This document shows, in pieces, positions 21,209 through 32,412 of a stretch of 64,000 nt of DNA; the stretch's first letter is position 1, and each line of letters begins with the position of its first letter. A program made the position numbers and the translations under genes. The DNA is from Diplonema japonicum (taxonomy: Eukaryota; Protista; Euglenozoa: Diplonemea). The stretch covers positions 310,001 through 374,000 of the forward strand of contig OZ025717.1 in NCBI GenBank assembly GCA_964019335.1. The letters are read 5' to 3'. The notes under the pieces are model-generated. The model did no database searches and was not told where the DNA came from. It saw nothing but the letters and a program-made list of their open reading frames with translations.

Positions 21209-22695
21209 TTTTTTTTTTTTTTTTTTTTTTTTTGTTGGTGTTCAATGAAACTGTACAAGAATAACGTTGTAAAAGACCGTCAAGTTTTTTTTTTAAAAGA
21301 ATAGGGAGAAAAAAAAAAAAGTGTAATTGTAATCCATTACTTATAAGGCACTAAAATAGGAGCTGGCACACCATGGCTCTCGAGCATCACACAGGTTTGT
21401 GTTCCTTTCTTATGCACGCATCGCGAAGCCAAGGAGGGTGCAGCGGGCGACGGCTGTTGGGGGGAGACGAGACCTGCTGGTGCTGTCGCATTCGCTGCCA
21501 TTTTTTTTCTTCAATTTTTTTCCCCCACACCACTCCTTCCCCTTTTATCGCTTTTTGTTTTTCTTGGAAGAAGAAAAAAAGACAAAAATAATAATAATAA
21601 TAATAAGATGCAGATTGCCTTAAGGGCAGCTGCAAATATAATAATAAAAAAGGTCGAAACTGAAGCAGAAAAGAAAAAAAGAATGGGGAGGGAGGGGGGG
21701 GGGGCAAATAAACCCTAATAAAAAGCCATAGCGTGCAGGGAGGGGGAGAGTAGGGAATGGGGGGGGGGTGAAAAATCGGCGTGCAGGGCAGTACAATGTG
21801 CCGCAAGCCAACTACCGAGGTATTGCTATCCTATTTTTTTTAAATGGGCGTCCGTAACACGACTTTTGTCATTTGCCTCACAACCACGTAAAAAAGGAAG
21901 GGGGGGGGGGGGGGGTAACCTAAAGTGTATGTGTGTTTCAAGTGTATTCTTTCCTTCTTTTTTTTGTGTTTCCCACTTCGAAGTCCCTTGCTGTTGCCGT
22001 TCACAACCCGAGTAGAGGTGGTGGCGACACTACCTTGTCACCCTGGAAAGGAAAAATGAATGAAAAAAAAAAAAAAATGAAAAAAGAAAAATGAAAAAAA
22101 TAAAAAAAAGCAAGCAATCCATATTCGAAGGGGATGATCACAAACATATTGGCCCGAGAAAGCCTTCATGTTACATGATGTAAGGAGAATGACAATATGT
22201 GTGCTTCTTCTTCTTCTTCTGTGTAGTATGCACCAACAAAACGGCCGGTCTATGGCATTGGACTCATCTCTTTACGATTAGTGGGACGCTGCATCGAAAG
22301 AAAAGAGAAAGGTGGGTGTGGGGGGGACTTTTTCTCGCCTTTTCTAATCAGTACCGCCCTTCCTTGTGAAAAGAAAAATGGAACAAAAAAAAAAAAATAT
22401 ACAGGCGGGTGGGAGTTGCCCGGGGGAAAAAGAAATAGACGAAATCGTGTCGCTCTGCGACACGATTTTTCCACACAAAAGCGGGGGGAAGTACCAGGAC
22501 GGTTGGGGGGGGGGGGGGGGGGGTTGTTGTTGTTTTGTTTTACAGCAATTGGAAAAAAAATCTTTTTAATCTTCCCCAAAGAATGTTGTTTTATTCTTTA
22601 ATTTCCCCCCCCTAAAATCCAGTTGTTTCTCTTGTTTTTTTTTGTTGAAAAAGCAGAACGGAAAGAATAAGTAAGAAAAAAAAAGAAAACTCACA

Positions 22696-24021
22696 TCAAA
22701 ACGTCAAACTGCCAGCGCAACTGGCAGCATCATCATCATTGCATTCCGCTTCTTCCTCTTCTTCTTCTTCTTCTTCCTCTTCCTCTTCATCATCGTCATC
22801 ATCATTCTCCCCTTCCGTTGCGAGCTCACCCACGTCTGGACATGGGGTGGCTCTGCTTTGTTCATGCATTTTAACTTGAATTGCAGCCCATTGCAAGGCG
22901 TTGGCAAACGTGTCGCATTCTATCTTAACGCTCCCAAGCACGAGAGGAGGATCACGGAAAAAGAGAGATATATGGCCTATCACTTCTTCGGGAAGAGAAG
23001 GGAGCAGCGCAGCAAGGGAAATATCCGAGGAAGGGTGAGTAGATGGGAGGGCTGTGAGACCGAGATTTGACAACACACGGCGGTCCTTTGCAACATCATG
23101 GTAGGCGTCGACGACAGAAAGCGGAATCATCCCAACAGAGAGGGTAACACCCTCAGGCAAACCGTTTACATATAATGTAAGCATATTGGGTACAAGGCCT
23201 TCAGGCAGTGCAGACCCATTCACAACTACAAGTTTATCACCATCGACACCCAATGTCAGAGCCGGCCCACCACCTTTGTTCTTTCCAACCCCAGCCCATT
23301 TCTTCTCCTTTATACACTGAGCAATACCTAGCGCGCTCAAAAGCTCGTTGTCGGCTCCCTTTTCGGTTTCCTCCGTGTCCTTCCCTTCGGAGTCACCATC
23401 CTTCTCTTCACTGGTGGGATTTAATGCGGAGAATTTATACTGATCGATGGGGCTGTATGGGATGGGTTGAACCTGAAGTTGCGGCGTCCCAACAACCAGT
23501 GATGATGAAGAGGAGCTCATTACTGTAAACGGGCTGAAAACACCCAAAGAAGCTACAGGGTTGTCAGCGAAAGACCCAAGAAGGGGCGGCACAGCAGGAC
23601 TTGTAAAGGGTTTGGAATCGTCGAATGTCGTTGGGGTGAAGACTGTAACAGGAAGACCTGTCAAAATAGTGGTTTCGAGAAGCGTTTTCAACAAAACCCG
23701 TGCTTCCTGAGCCGCCTCGCTGTCGGACTGCTTCACAATTAGGATTAAACAGTTCGGTTTTTCAGTTTCTGAAAAGTGTGCTTGCAGCCATTTGTTCACT
23801 TCCCATGCACGATCTCCCCGGTTCCCCTCGCAGGTCATCCATTTGCCGGAAAACCAAAGGGCTTTTCCCTTAGTACTCCCTGTTACCAGCGGTACTATTT
23901 CTACTTTCGGACCGCACAAGATGTTTCCTGCTTGCAGCTGCACTGAATCATCCCCTACCGTCGGTCTGTCTCGGTTTGAGAAATCGAGGCAAACGGTTTT
24001 CATTGATTGACACGCTCCCAT
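22696..24021 (-). CDS. Hypothetical protein, predicted N-myristoylated/palmitoylated, with acidic tail
   Basis: 441-aa ORF; MGACQS N-terminus; poly-D/E C-terminus. Confidence 0.75.
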   Translation of the reverse strand: MGACQSMKTVCLDFSNRDRPTVGDDSVQLQAGNILCGPKVEIVPLVTGSTKGKALWFSGKWMTCEGNRGDRAWEVNKWLQAHFSETEKPNCLILIVKQSDSEAAQEARVLLKTLLETTILTGLPVTVFTPTTFDDSKPFTSPAVPPLLGSFADNPVASLGVFSPFTVMSSSSSSLVVGTPQLQVQPIPYSPIDQYKFSALNPTSEEKDGDSEGKDTEETEKGADNELLSALGIAQCIKEKKWAGVGKNKGGGPALTLGVDGDKLVVVNGSALPEGLVPNMLTLYVNGLPEGVTLSVGMIPLSVVDAYHDVAKDRRVLSNLGLTALPSTHPSSDISLAALLPSLPEEVIGHISLFFRDPPLVLGSVKIECDTFANALQWAAIQVKMHEQSRATPCPDVGELATEGENDDDDDEEEEEEEEEEEEEAECNDDDAASCAGSLTF

Positions 24022-24624
24022 TGTGCCAGCCCACCACCCCTACCTGTCTTAAATTTTATTATCTTCTAGATATAAAAAAATACAAAGGGGGAAAAAAAAT
24101 TTTTTTTTAAAGCGGGGGGAAGAGGAGTGTTGAAGTTTCATGTCCTCCCCTTCACGATCTAAGAAAGAGAAGGGGAACGGGAGTGAAACTATCAAGTTTG
24201 TTTTTTTTTGGGGGGGGGGGCATACTAAATGGGAGAGGGGTTGCCTGGTTGGAAGTCCGTAGGAGTTTACCAATCATGATACCTACATTCTTTCAGCTTC
24301 GTTTTGGCAAAAAAAAAGAGACATTTAAAAAAAAGAAAAGATATGTTTCTTGGCAAAAAAGGCAATTGTTTTCGTTTCAGTTTTTATCTTCAATGTATTC
24401 ATGTGGTTTAGATAAATAGAACTAAGAGACAGTGAGCAGATTCGATGTACGGAAGAGAAAAAAAAAAGAAAGAAAAAAGAAAAAATAGTAATGGGGGGGG
24501 GGGTATTCCTTACGACTTATGTCTTTTGCTAAAAGTAGAAAGTTACGTAGTAGTTACATTTTCCTTCTTTTTTTTTTTTTTTTTTTTTGCTCGGCATAAG
24601 TTACATAGTAGGGAAAAGAAAAAG

Positions 24625-25795
24625 TATCCTGTCCCCCCCCTCATCTTTCGGGAGACAGGCATAGCGTCTAAACCCGGCCAAAGGTCTTGCTGCCCCGTAA
24701 AAAGAAAAGGGGGAACAGGAGAGAATGCACACAGAGTTGAAAAAAAGGGGGGAGGGAATAATCACAACACAACATTTCACATTTGTTAACTTTCCGTCTT
24801 GTTTTCTTTCTTTTCCCCCTTCTTCCCTTCTCCCGTTTTTCAAACCCATGCTGCACAAACTATGCACGAGGAAAACCGAGGGGGGGGGGGGGGGGGAGAG
24901 AAGGAAAGAAAGAAAAAAAGATTCTGTCCTCCCCCTCATCTTTTAGAAACAGAGGGGGAACGGGAGAGAATGGAAGAGGGGAGAATAGAAAAATGGGGGT
25001 TCTGCACAAATTATGCACGAGGAAAACTAGAAGGGGAAAAAAGAAAAGATCCTGTCCTCCCCCATTCATATCTTTCGGAAACAGGGGGGGGGGGGGGGTG
25101 AAAACAGAATGGAAGAAAAAAAAAAGAAAAAAAAAACAGAATGAGCTTGAAAAAAGACATGTGGGAGGGGGGAACCCGCTTTATTTGTTTGTTTTCTTTT
25201 TTCTCCCCCCGTCTTCAACCCATGCTACACAAACTATGCACGAGGAAAACCGAGAAGGGGGAAAAAAAAAAAGAAAAAATGAAAAATTCTGTCCTCCCCC
25301 TCATCTTTCAGAAGTAAAGGGGGAACGGGAGAGAATAAAAAAGGGAGGGAAAAAATGGAGGGTAACAAGATGCAATGTTCGTTTCTCTTTTTCTTTCTTT
25401 CCCCGTCTTCAACCCATGCTGCACAAACTATGCACGAGGAAAACCGAAAGGGGAAAAAAAAAAGAAAAGGGGGGGAAATAATTCTGTCCCCCCCCCCCTT
25501 CAGAGAGAGAGAGAGGGGGACGAGAAAATGAAAAACAGAATGAAAAAAATGTATAGATGCAAAAAAAAAAAAAAAAAAAAAATGAGCATGAAAAAAAGAC
25601 ATGTGGGAGGGGGGGGAGGGGGCTTGTGTAGTCATCCCTCCTTTCTTTCTTTCTTTCCCCGTCTTCAACCCATGCTACACTAACTATGCACGAGGAAAAC
25701 CGAGGGGAAAGAGAAAAAAAAAAGAAGGAAAGAAAGAAAAAAATTCTGTCCTCCCCCTCATCTTTCAGAAACAGAGGGGGAACGGGAGAGAATGA
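24625..25795 (-). repeat. Tandem array of two alternating conserved hairpin blocks; one block resembles single-hairpin AGA-box (H/ACA-like) snoRNA
   Basis: Block CCCGTCTTCAACCCATGCTRCACWAACTATGCACGAGGAAAACCGA x4 plus 1 partial; block TCTGTCCTCCCCCTCATCTTTCAGAAACAGAGGGGGAACGGGAG x~6; variable homopolymer spacers. Confidence 0.8.
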
Positions 25796-25853
25796 AAAAA
25801 AAAAAAAAAAAAAAAAAAAAAGAAGGAAATGTCAAGATATTATTATTTGTTTT

Positions 25854-28800
25854 CTAAAGACTGGGTCCTGGTGTCGTCACCGACAGGAAATCGCTTAAAG
25901 GGCAGCTGTAAGAACAGAAGGGCTTCTCAACACATGTGTTGTTGCTCCAAAGACAGTCGGTTTGTCTACATGACAATGCAGATGTCAGCATAGTGCAGTC
26001 CGAGGCTACCTCATTAATACCAAAACCAATGAACCGAGTCGCTGTGTTGCTGGGGGTAGTGAAGAAAACTGGCTGCTCAGAGCCCCTTCGAAGCAGCTTC
26101 CTGTACACACGCATATTGTGTGTACTGCCAAACGGGCTGACACGGAACATAGGGCCGCAGTCTGCCTCCGTCCACCCCTCTTGCACAAGCAGCTGTCCAA
26201 TGTTGTCAGTGACCTGATAGCACGACTCCTTCTCGGCCACGAAAACATGTGCGTAGCACTGCTTCGGCCAAAACTGCACCTGCGACCAAGGTGTTTTCAT
26301 CGGGCAATGAAAGCTCACGTTTGTGTCCGCCCTCACATCCTCCTCCGGTACAAACCCATGCATTTCCGTTCGTTGAAAATAAACAGGGATATCTACGAAG
26401 GTCGATTCCTTATACGCCGGCCAAGCCTGCATCCCGTGCATCATCTTGTCCAGCTTCTTCAAATTCTTGCGACGCCACACTCCAGTCTTGCAATCCTGCT
26501 CGTGCATCAACACTGCAGGAAAGCCATACAGACTGACCTCAGGCGCCTTGGTCGGCTCTGGAGACATCTCGGGAGGTGGCGGGGTAACCTCGATCGTCTG
26601 CTCCATTGTCGGTTCCATCGTCTGATCTATTACCTCTTCGGCTCCCAGTGCAGATTTACCAGGGTATCTGGGGTAGTCCGGAAGAGGAGTGGAAGGGGCC
26701 TGCGGGGCAGGATCCAAGTGATAGTTTCCTCTGACCAGCAACGCAGACTCCGTGAGACTGAATATGAGGCCTGCGTGGATCTTGAAGTCGAAAATTAGCT
26801 CGGGCACGTCCCGAATTTTTGTATTGCGGAAGCTGAGAGTGTTGTCCAGAAATATGTCGTTGTAGGCGACACTCGAAGTGCCATCTGAATTGTGCAGGAT
26901 CCTGTAGAGGCTGCGCCTGTTCTCGTAGAGCTTGTAACCAACCGTGCCAGGATCCAGGGTTGCAGGGGGCTCTCCGTGGAATCGCACCGACCCATCCTTC
27001 GAGAGAATGGCTACCTTGTTGGCAAAAATCAGAATGTCAGTTACGTTAAGCCCATCGATGTCGAGGGACTCGTAGCTGATGGACTTGGCAGGCATCACCA
27101 TCGGGTCCCAGTTGTTTGTGTACAGATCGAGGATTCCGGTGTCGAGCTTGCTCAGCACGGCGAGCATCCCTGGTGCACACCGTGCCAGAAGAGGTACCCC
27201 ATTTTGCGTGATGTTCATAAAGCCATTCCCCACATCGAATCTCCTCTGTGTGAACATAAGCCCAATATAGCTCCTGTCACGATCTATGAACGACATGTTC
27301 TGTGCTTCTGCGTTGTAAGAGTAAGATGTGAACCCGTACGCGTTACCAAAGCCGGAGCCGAACTGCTGGACACCCGTATCGGTGACTCTGTAGGTACCCG
27401 CTGTGCCATTGACAACAGTGTAGAAGACGGGTTGTGTGTCGTGGCAAGCGAGCGGAGCAATGCTGATGCTGTCACCGTAGATGCTTGCGTGGAGGTTGAT
27501 TCCGAATTTCATTTGCTGCGTGCCCCACCCGTTGTAAGACCGGAAAACCCTTACCCCTGCAGAGCCCGCAACAACAATGTAGAAGTATGGGTCATTGACA
27601 CCGGTGACGCCTAAGGTCACGCACATCTCCTTAAAGCCACCAGCAGGGCCTTCAAGAGAATATGGAAGTTCGGAATTTCCGCTAATGACCTCCGGTCCAG
27701 CAGTCACAGCAGGTGGGGTGAGTGTCCCAGGAGGCCATGTCTCCGGAGATGGGGTAGCAGGGGCGTCCGTCGCTGGGACCATCGTTTCTTTCCATTCGTC
27801 CGGGAGACGGAGCGGCCTCACCCCTCTATAATCATCGCTAGATAAAAGTGTGATACCAAGGCGCCTGTCCTCCAAAACAAATCTGAGTGCCCCTATCGAA
27901 AGGAAATCTACCGCAAAATACGAATAAAATGTATCGAACTTACGATTCTCGTCGAGGTTTACAACAACGTAGTGCGAAGTTTCGGCATCGTCAAAGAATA
28001 TGATGCGGTCCCTGTATATAGAAGACAAGCCGGCCCTGTCCCCCGGCCCTTTCAGGATGCCGTCCAGCCACGTCCAATAGTCTGGGATTCGGTAGTAAAA
28101 TTTTTCCTTCGTGAGGAGGATGAGGTTGCCGATGTCGTCGGTCCCGATGTCTACCGGGTAGTCGCCCCACATCAAGTAGGGGATCTCAATGTTTTCTGTG
28201 GAACCCGTGTATGGCAAATATTTTTTTACAACCTTTGAGTTGGTTAGGTTCACGATGAAGTACACGGTTTCCGACAACTCCCCTTGCTTAGTTAGATACG
28301 CCTTTTCAATGAAACCCGCGTCACTATTAGAACCTATAACGGGCGAGAACAGCGGGTTGTCTATGTCAGTAATATCGATGGTGCCGAACAAATGCCCACC
28401 GCTGAAGATAATGGTATTGGTGTCGTTGTTCGCTTGCATGAAATTTACGTAAGGTAGATATATGGCTTTTCCGTTGAAAATCGTGATGTTGTGATCGGTG
28501 GAGAAAGCTCCGAGTTTACCATTGGGGAAGACTGAGGTTGAGGTGCCTATGGCCCACCTAACGAATTGTGTGTCGGAAACCACGAAATGGGTGGCCCAGT
28601 TTCCGGGGAAGGTCCTCCCATCGCAGGCGATGCTTGTCGGATAGTGCCCAGTTGCTACGTAATACACACTCTCGGTTGTTGTGACGGGGAAACATAATTG
28701 GGGTTTGTCAGCGTAGTCTTGTTTGTTTAAACACGTGTAGGTTGTGTGCCCAGGCCACCCGCCTCGTGGGTATGTACCAAATGTCCCGTTTATGCCGTGA

Positions 28801-28958
28801 TCGTTGTATTCAATAGTCCCATCGCTACAGAAAAATCTGAGGTCCTCCAATTCTCCCGAATGGGCGAAGCTTCCTCCGTCATCGAAGGGGCTGTAGGCTC
28901 CCCAATAGTTGTCAGGGTCGTTCAATAACGTGGAAACTGCTATCGTCAGCAGCAACAT
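25854..28958 (-). CDS. Large secreted beta-rich glycoprotein with Pro/Thr linkers and Cys-rich C-terminal domain (~1034 aa)
   Basis: Start at MLLLTIAVS (signal-like); many N-glycosylation sequons; PATDAPATPSPET linkers. Confidence 0.8.
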   Translation of the reverse strand: MLLLTIAVSTLLNDPDNYWGAYSPFDDGGSFAHSGELEDLRFFCSDGTIEYNDHGINGTFGTYPRGGWPGHTTYTCLNKQDYADKPQLCFPVTTTESVYYVATGHYPTSIACDGRTFPGNWATHFVVSDTQFVRWAIGTSTSVFPNGKLGAFSTDHNITIFNGKAIYLPYVNFMQANNDTNTIIFSGGHLFGTIDITDIDNPLFSPVIGSNSDAGFIEKAYLTKQGELSETVYFIVNLTNSKVVKKYLPYTGSTENIEIPYLMWGDYPVDIGTDDIGNLILLTKEKFYYRIPDYWTWLDGILKGPGDRAGLSSIYRDRIIFFDDAETSHYVVVNLDENRKFDTFYSYFAVDFLSIGALRFVLEDRRLGITLLSSDDYRGVRPLRLPDEWKETMVPATDAPATPSPETWPPGTLTPPAVTAGPEVISGNSELPYSLEGPAGGFKEMCVTLGVTGVNDPYFYIVVAGSAGVRVFRSYNGWGTQQMKFGINLHASIYGDSISIAPLACHDTQPVFYTVVNGTAGTYRVTDTGVQQFGSGFGNAYGFTSYSYNAEAQNMSFIDRDRSYIGLMFTQRRFDVGNGFMNITQNGVPLLARCAPGMLAVLSKLDTGILDLYTNNWDPMVMPAKSISYESLDIDGLNVTDILIFANKVAILSKDGSVRFHGEPPATLDPGTVGYKLYENRRSLYRILHNSDGTSSVAYNDIFLDNTLSFRNTKIRDVPELIFDFKIHAGLIFSLTESALLVRGNYHLDPAPQAPSTPLPDYPRYPGKSALGAEEVIDQTMEPTMEQTIEVTPPPPEMSPEPTKAPEVSLYGFPAVLMHEQDCKTGVWRRKNLKKLDKMMHGMQAWPAYKESTFVDIPVYFQRTEMHGFVPEEDVRADTNVSFHCPMKTPWSQVQFWPKQCYAHVFVAEKESCYQVTDNIGQLLVQEGWTEADCGPMFRVSPFGSTHNMRVYRKLLRRGSEQPVFFTTPSNTATRFIGFGINEVASDCTMLTSALSCRQTDCLWSNNTCVEKPFCSYSCPLSDFLSVTTPGPSL

Positions 28959-29988
28959 GTGTGTTTTTTTTTTTTTTTTTTTTGTTTTTTTTTTAAACTG
29001 TATACATAAGGTTTTTTTTTTTGTTTTGTACTTCCATTTCTTAAAAAAAGAAACTTTTTTTTTTTTTTTTTTAGAAAACGACTTTTTTTTTTTAACATCA
29101 AGGGGGTAAAAAAAAAAAAAAAAAAAAAGAGAGAGAACCAACGTACACACGGTTAACCAAATAACTTTTTTTTTTTTTCAGCCCAAGTCTGTAAGCAGAA
29201 TTTCCACCACTGCTTACGGTAACCCAACTTTTTTTTTCCCCCACTCTCCACGGTAATTTTTTTTTACACCGTCCACTACGGGGTCTTTGTGCACTTCAAA
29301 GAAGCTATCGTGCCAGGTGGCCTCCTTATACTCTCGGGCAGGCAGAAAGGCCTCGGAAAGGTCATCTAGAATGAGTTCAAAGAAGGTCGAGAGTACTCAA
29401 AAGGGCAAAGCTCTGCTTAAGTACCTTTCGCCGGAGCCCTTGGGCACTGGGCTTTGTTGCGTGCGCGGTATTTTTTTTTTTTCTTTTCTTTTTCTCTGCT
29501 TTGTGACATCATATTTCTTTTGCTCCCGAGGCATAAAAATGTTAGAGATTGCCGTGGACGGTTGATAAAAGTTAATAGGTTACCATGTACATTGTTTTTC
29601 TCAAAAAAGAAAAATGGATGGGGACAGAAAGGGAAAAAAAAAGGAGTCCATTACTTAAAGGGGATGGGAGGGGAGGGGGGCTTACCAAACGTGAAATAAT
29701 ATAAAAAAGTACCCTTTTTTTTCCTTCCGCTTTTTGGAAAAAAATTGGGGGGGGGGTTATAAATCTATTTTCTTATTTTTTTTCTTTCTCCTCCTTTTTT
29801 TTTTTTTTTGTTCCTTAATTTTTTTCCCCCTCTCCTCTTTTTTCTCGTTCTCATTTTTTTTTTTTTTACACATCTACTGGCTACCCAAAGCTAGACCAAA
29901 AATACCGCAAAAAAAAAAACGGTTTTAAGTCCAGATTGACACTGTTTTGAGGCATGAAAGAAAAAAAAAACGTACAAAAAAGGAACGA

Positions 29989-29995
<7 letters not shown>

Positions 29996-30026
<31 letters not shown>
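29996..30026 (+). repeat. (CT)n microsatellite
   Basis: Direct observation. Confidence 0.9.
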
Positions 30027-30028
<2 letters not shown>

Positions 30029-30086
30029 ACTTTTACTCAAAGCATAGGTTAATAATTTTTTTGTCCCCCCAATAATAATAATAGTA

Positions 30087-30133
<47 letters not shown>

Positions 30134-30135
<2 letters not shown>

Positions 30136-31058
30136 ATTCTTTTAACTTCAGATAAAGCTTTTTCAAGAGTCTCGCTTCGTGTCTCACGGTGTTCTTAGGA
30201 GAGTGATCCTGCCTGGACGGGTCGGGGCTGATGAACGCGGGGATGGATTTCCCGTGAAGGTCAGCGTTGTCAAAAAAGGAGAGGACGTCGGCAAAGGTGG
30301 TGTCTTTCAACATAATCATGTGCTTGGCAAGTGTGGTGGCCAACGCCAAGAAGCACCTCTTAGCGTAGTACCAAGTGTCGGTCATTATTTTCCGATTGTA
30401 AGGTTCAAGGGATTTAATAATGCGGCTGATGCCAAATTCGAAGTTTCCCTTTGCACAGTACAGAGTACCAATGACAAGGTTAACTATGCAAAGATGCAGG
30501 GGTTGATTGTCTGGCTCCTGGAACGACAGTTTTTCCTCTTCCTTCTCGATTTTACGCATCACATCTTCAGCTTTGAGGTTCTGAGAAGTCATGATGTATG
30601 AGACGCAAAGGTTTGCCAGAACGATGGCACTGCATTGTAATATATTATCCGCGTTACCATCAACCACAGGCTCGTACCACCGAATGGCCTCTGTGAACTT
30701 TGTTTCTTGCATGAAAAATACGTGAGCGACGTTCAGCTTCCACACTTCGTGTTCTGAGCAGAATTCCGCGCTTTGCCTGAATATCCTCTCCACGTACTGG
30801 TAGTTTTCGATGTTCCAGTAGATTTTCGCCTGCGCCATCAGAACTGGTATGTATGCCTCGAGGGCCTCGTCGTACTCCTTCAAGGCCTTCTTCACCCCAT
30901 CCGTGTCGTGTTGCTGCTTCGAATCCTGTATTTGTTTCGTCAGTTTTCTCAGCATGTCCACGTGTTTCGAGCTCAGCAGGTCAAACTTCCTATACGCCTC
31001 AGCAGGGGATGTCTGTGGATGGTTTTTGAAGGGAAAAAAAAAAGAAGGAAAAAAAGGT

Positions 31059-31089
<31 letters not shown>

Positions 31090-32236
31090 CTACCTGCTGT
31101 GTGATCAACCCATCAAGGAAGTCGTAAAGAGGCTGTTCCAAAAATTTAAATGAGAGGTGTGCATTCTCCGCGAGGACGTCGGCAGCGAGGTCGTAGTAAC
31201 CGTACTTGCAATAGAACAGCAACAGGTTCTGGAAGGTCTCGGGGGGGAACGGCGGGTGTTGCAGTAAGAACTTAAGCTTTTCAAACCCGGATGTTGGGTC
31301 GTCTGCCATGTTGACCAAAGCAGTGTTGTGCAGTGTCACCGGATCTAATTCGTCCTGTGTTCTTGGCGGCATGTCGGTGAGGGCTTCCTTGGCTGCCTTG
31401 TAATTCCGCATCATAAACTCGATCGCAGCTTTTAAATTGAACGCTTCAACAAGCGCTGTGTCCTTCAGGGTCTGAGAATTCCCTACACTCCGCACGTCGA
31501 GACCTTCAGTGTTGCTCCCGATAGACAGTTCGGGGTGCTCCTTGATACCCTTTTCGATAATCTCTGCGATGTGCTTCAACGAAGGACCATATTGCTTTTG
31601 CATGTAATATGTCAGAGCAATGTTGTAGGCAAGGTCGGAGTGGAACCCGAGGGCGGTGGTGGCATCGATAAACTTCGCCAACGCACTATCGAACTTCCCC
31701 TCCTTGAAGAAGATGCAGCCTTGCAGGACAATAACGTCAGGGTCGTCACTGATGCACGTCTCCACGTGGGACCTGCACCCTGTCAGGTCGTCTTGCTCAT
31801 ATTTAATAGACGCCTGTAGCTTCTGCAGCTCCATCCCATGTTTCTGTTGGTCGATTGTGCTGCATGCCTTCACCGCTTCTGCGTATTGTCCTGCTTTGTA
31901 CAGTGTTTGCGCGTAGTAGAGTTGGTACTCTTCTACATAAGGGCAGATCTTTGCCAGTTGTTCGTACATTAGAGCTGCGTTCACAAAGTCGCCGACTTGG
32001 TAGTAGCAGTATCCTAAAAGGCTGATCGCCGCCCGGGATCTTGGGAAGTTACCCTCCAGCTCGGTCGTCAGTATTTCGATGACGTCTTCGTGTTTGTTCT
32101 CCTTGATCAGTGTGTATATCATCGTCGTGTAGTTGCCGTCCTGCACCTGCGTCGGGAGCCTGCCCAGAGTGGTCCCCCCACCGCCCATTGTAGTCGGCCG
32201 CCCCGTCACCGTCCCCACCGTCCCGCTGAAAGCCAT
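30134..32236 (-). CDS. IFT70: Intraflagellar transport protein 70 (TTC30/fleer/DYF-1); one in-frame intron 31013-31093
   Basis: EAFNLKAAIE, ALTDMPPR, LDPVTLHN, PPETFQNLLLFYCKY, HLCIVNLVIGTLYCAKGNFEFGISRIIKSLEPY, DTWYYAKRC; poly-K insert bounded by GT..AG. Confidence 0.95.
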
Positions 32237-32412
32237 GTTGAAGCAGCCCTCTCACCCCCCTCGTCCTTTAGAGGCTCGAAAAAAAAAAAGTCAAAAAGAA
32301 ACGGGATAAAAAAAAAAAAAAGAAAAAAACATAACCGGAACAATTCTATGTATTCTGTCTAAAAGTTGGTGTACATGCAATCTATCAACAGGGTTAAGAG
32401 GCTGATTGACAA

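Larger units (their letters stand above)
15716..21230. repeat. Local duplication block: ~15716-16800 repeated at ~20271-21230, enclosing three ~0.9-kb MAPEG units
   Basis: Shared TTCAGTAGGAGCGAGCTG anchor and near-identical CDSs; repeated 3'-end fragments. Confidence 0.85.

Noticed and set aside
22140-22203. Hairpin ACATATTG/CAATATGT with an internal loop, H/ACA-like
   Set aside because: No AGA/ACA box at the proper distance; single copy
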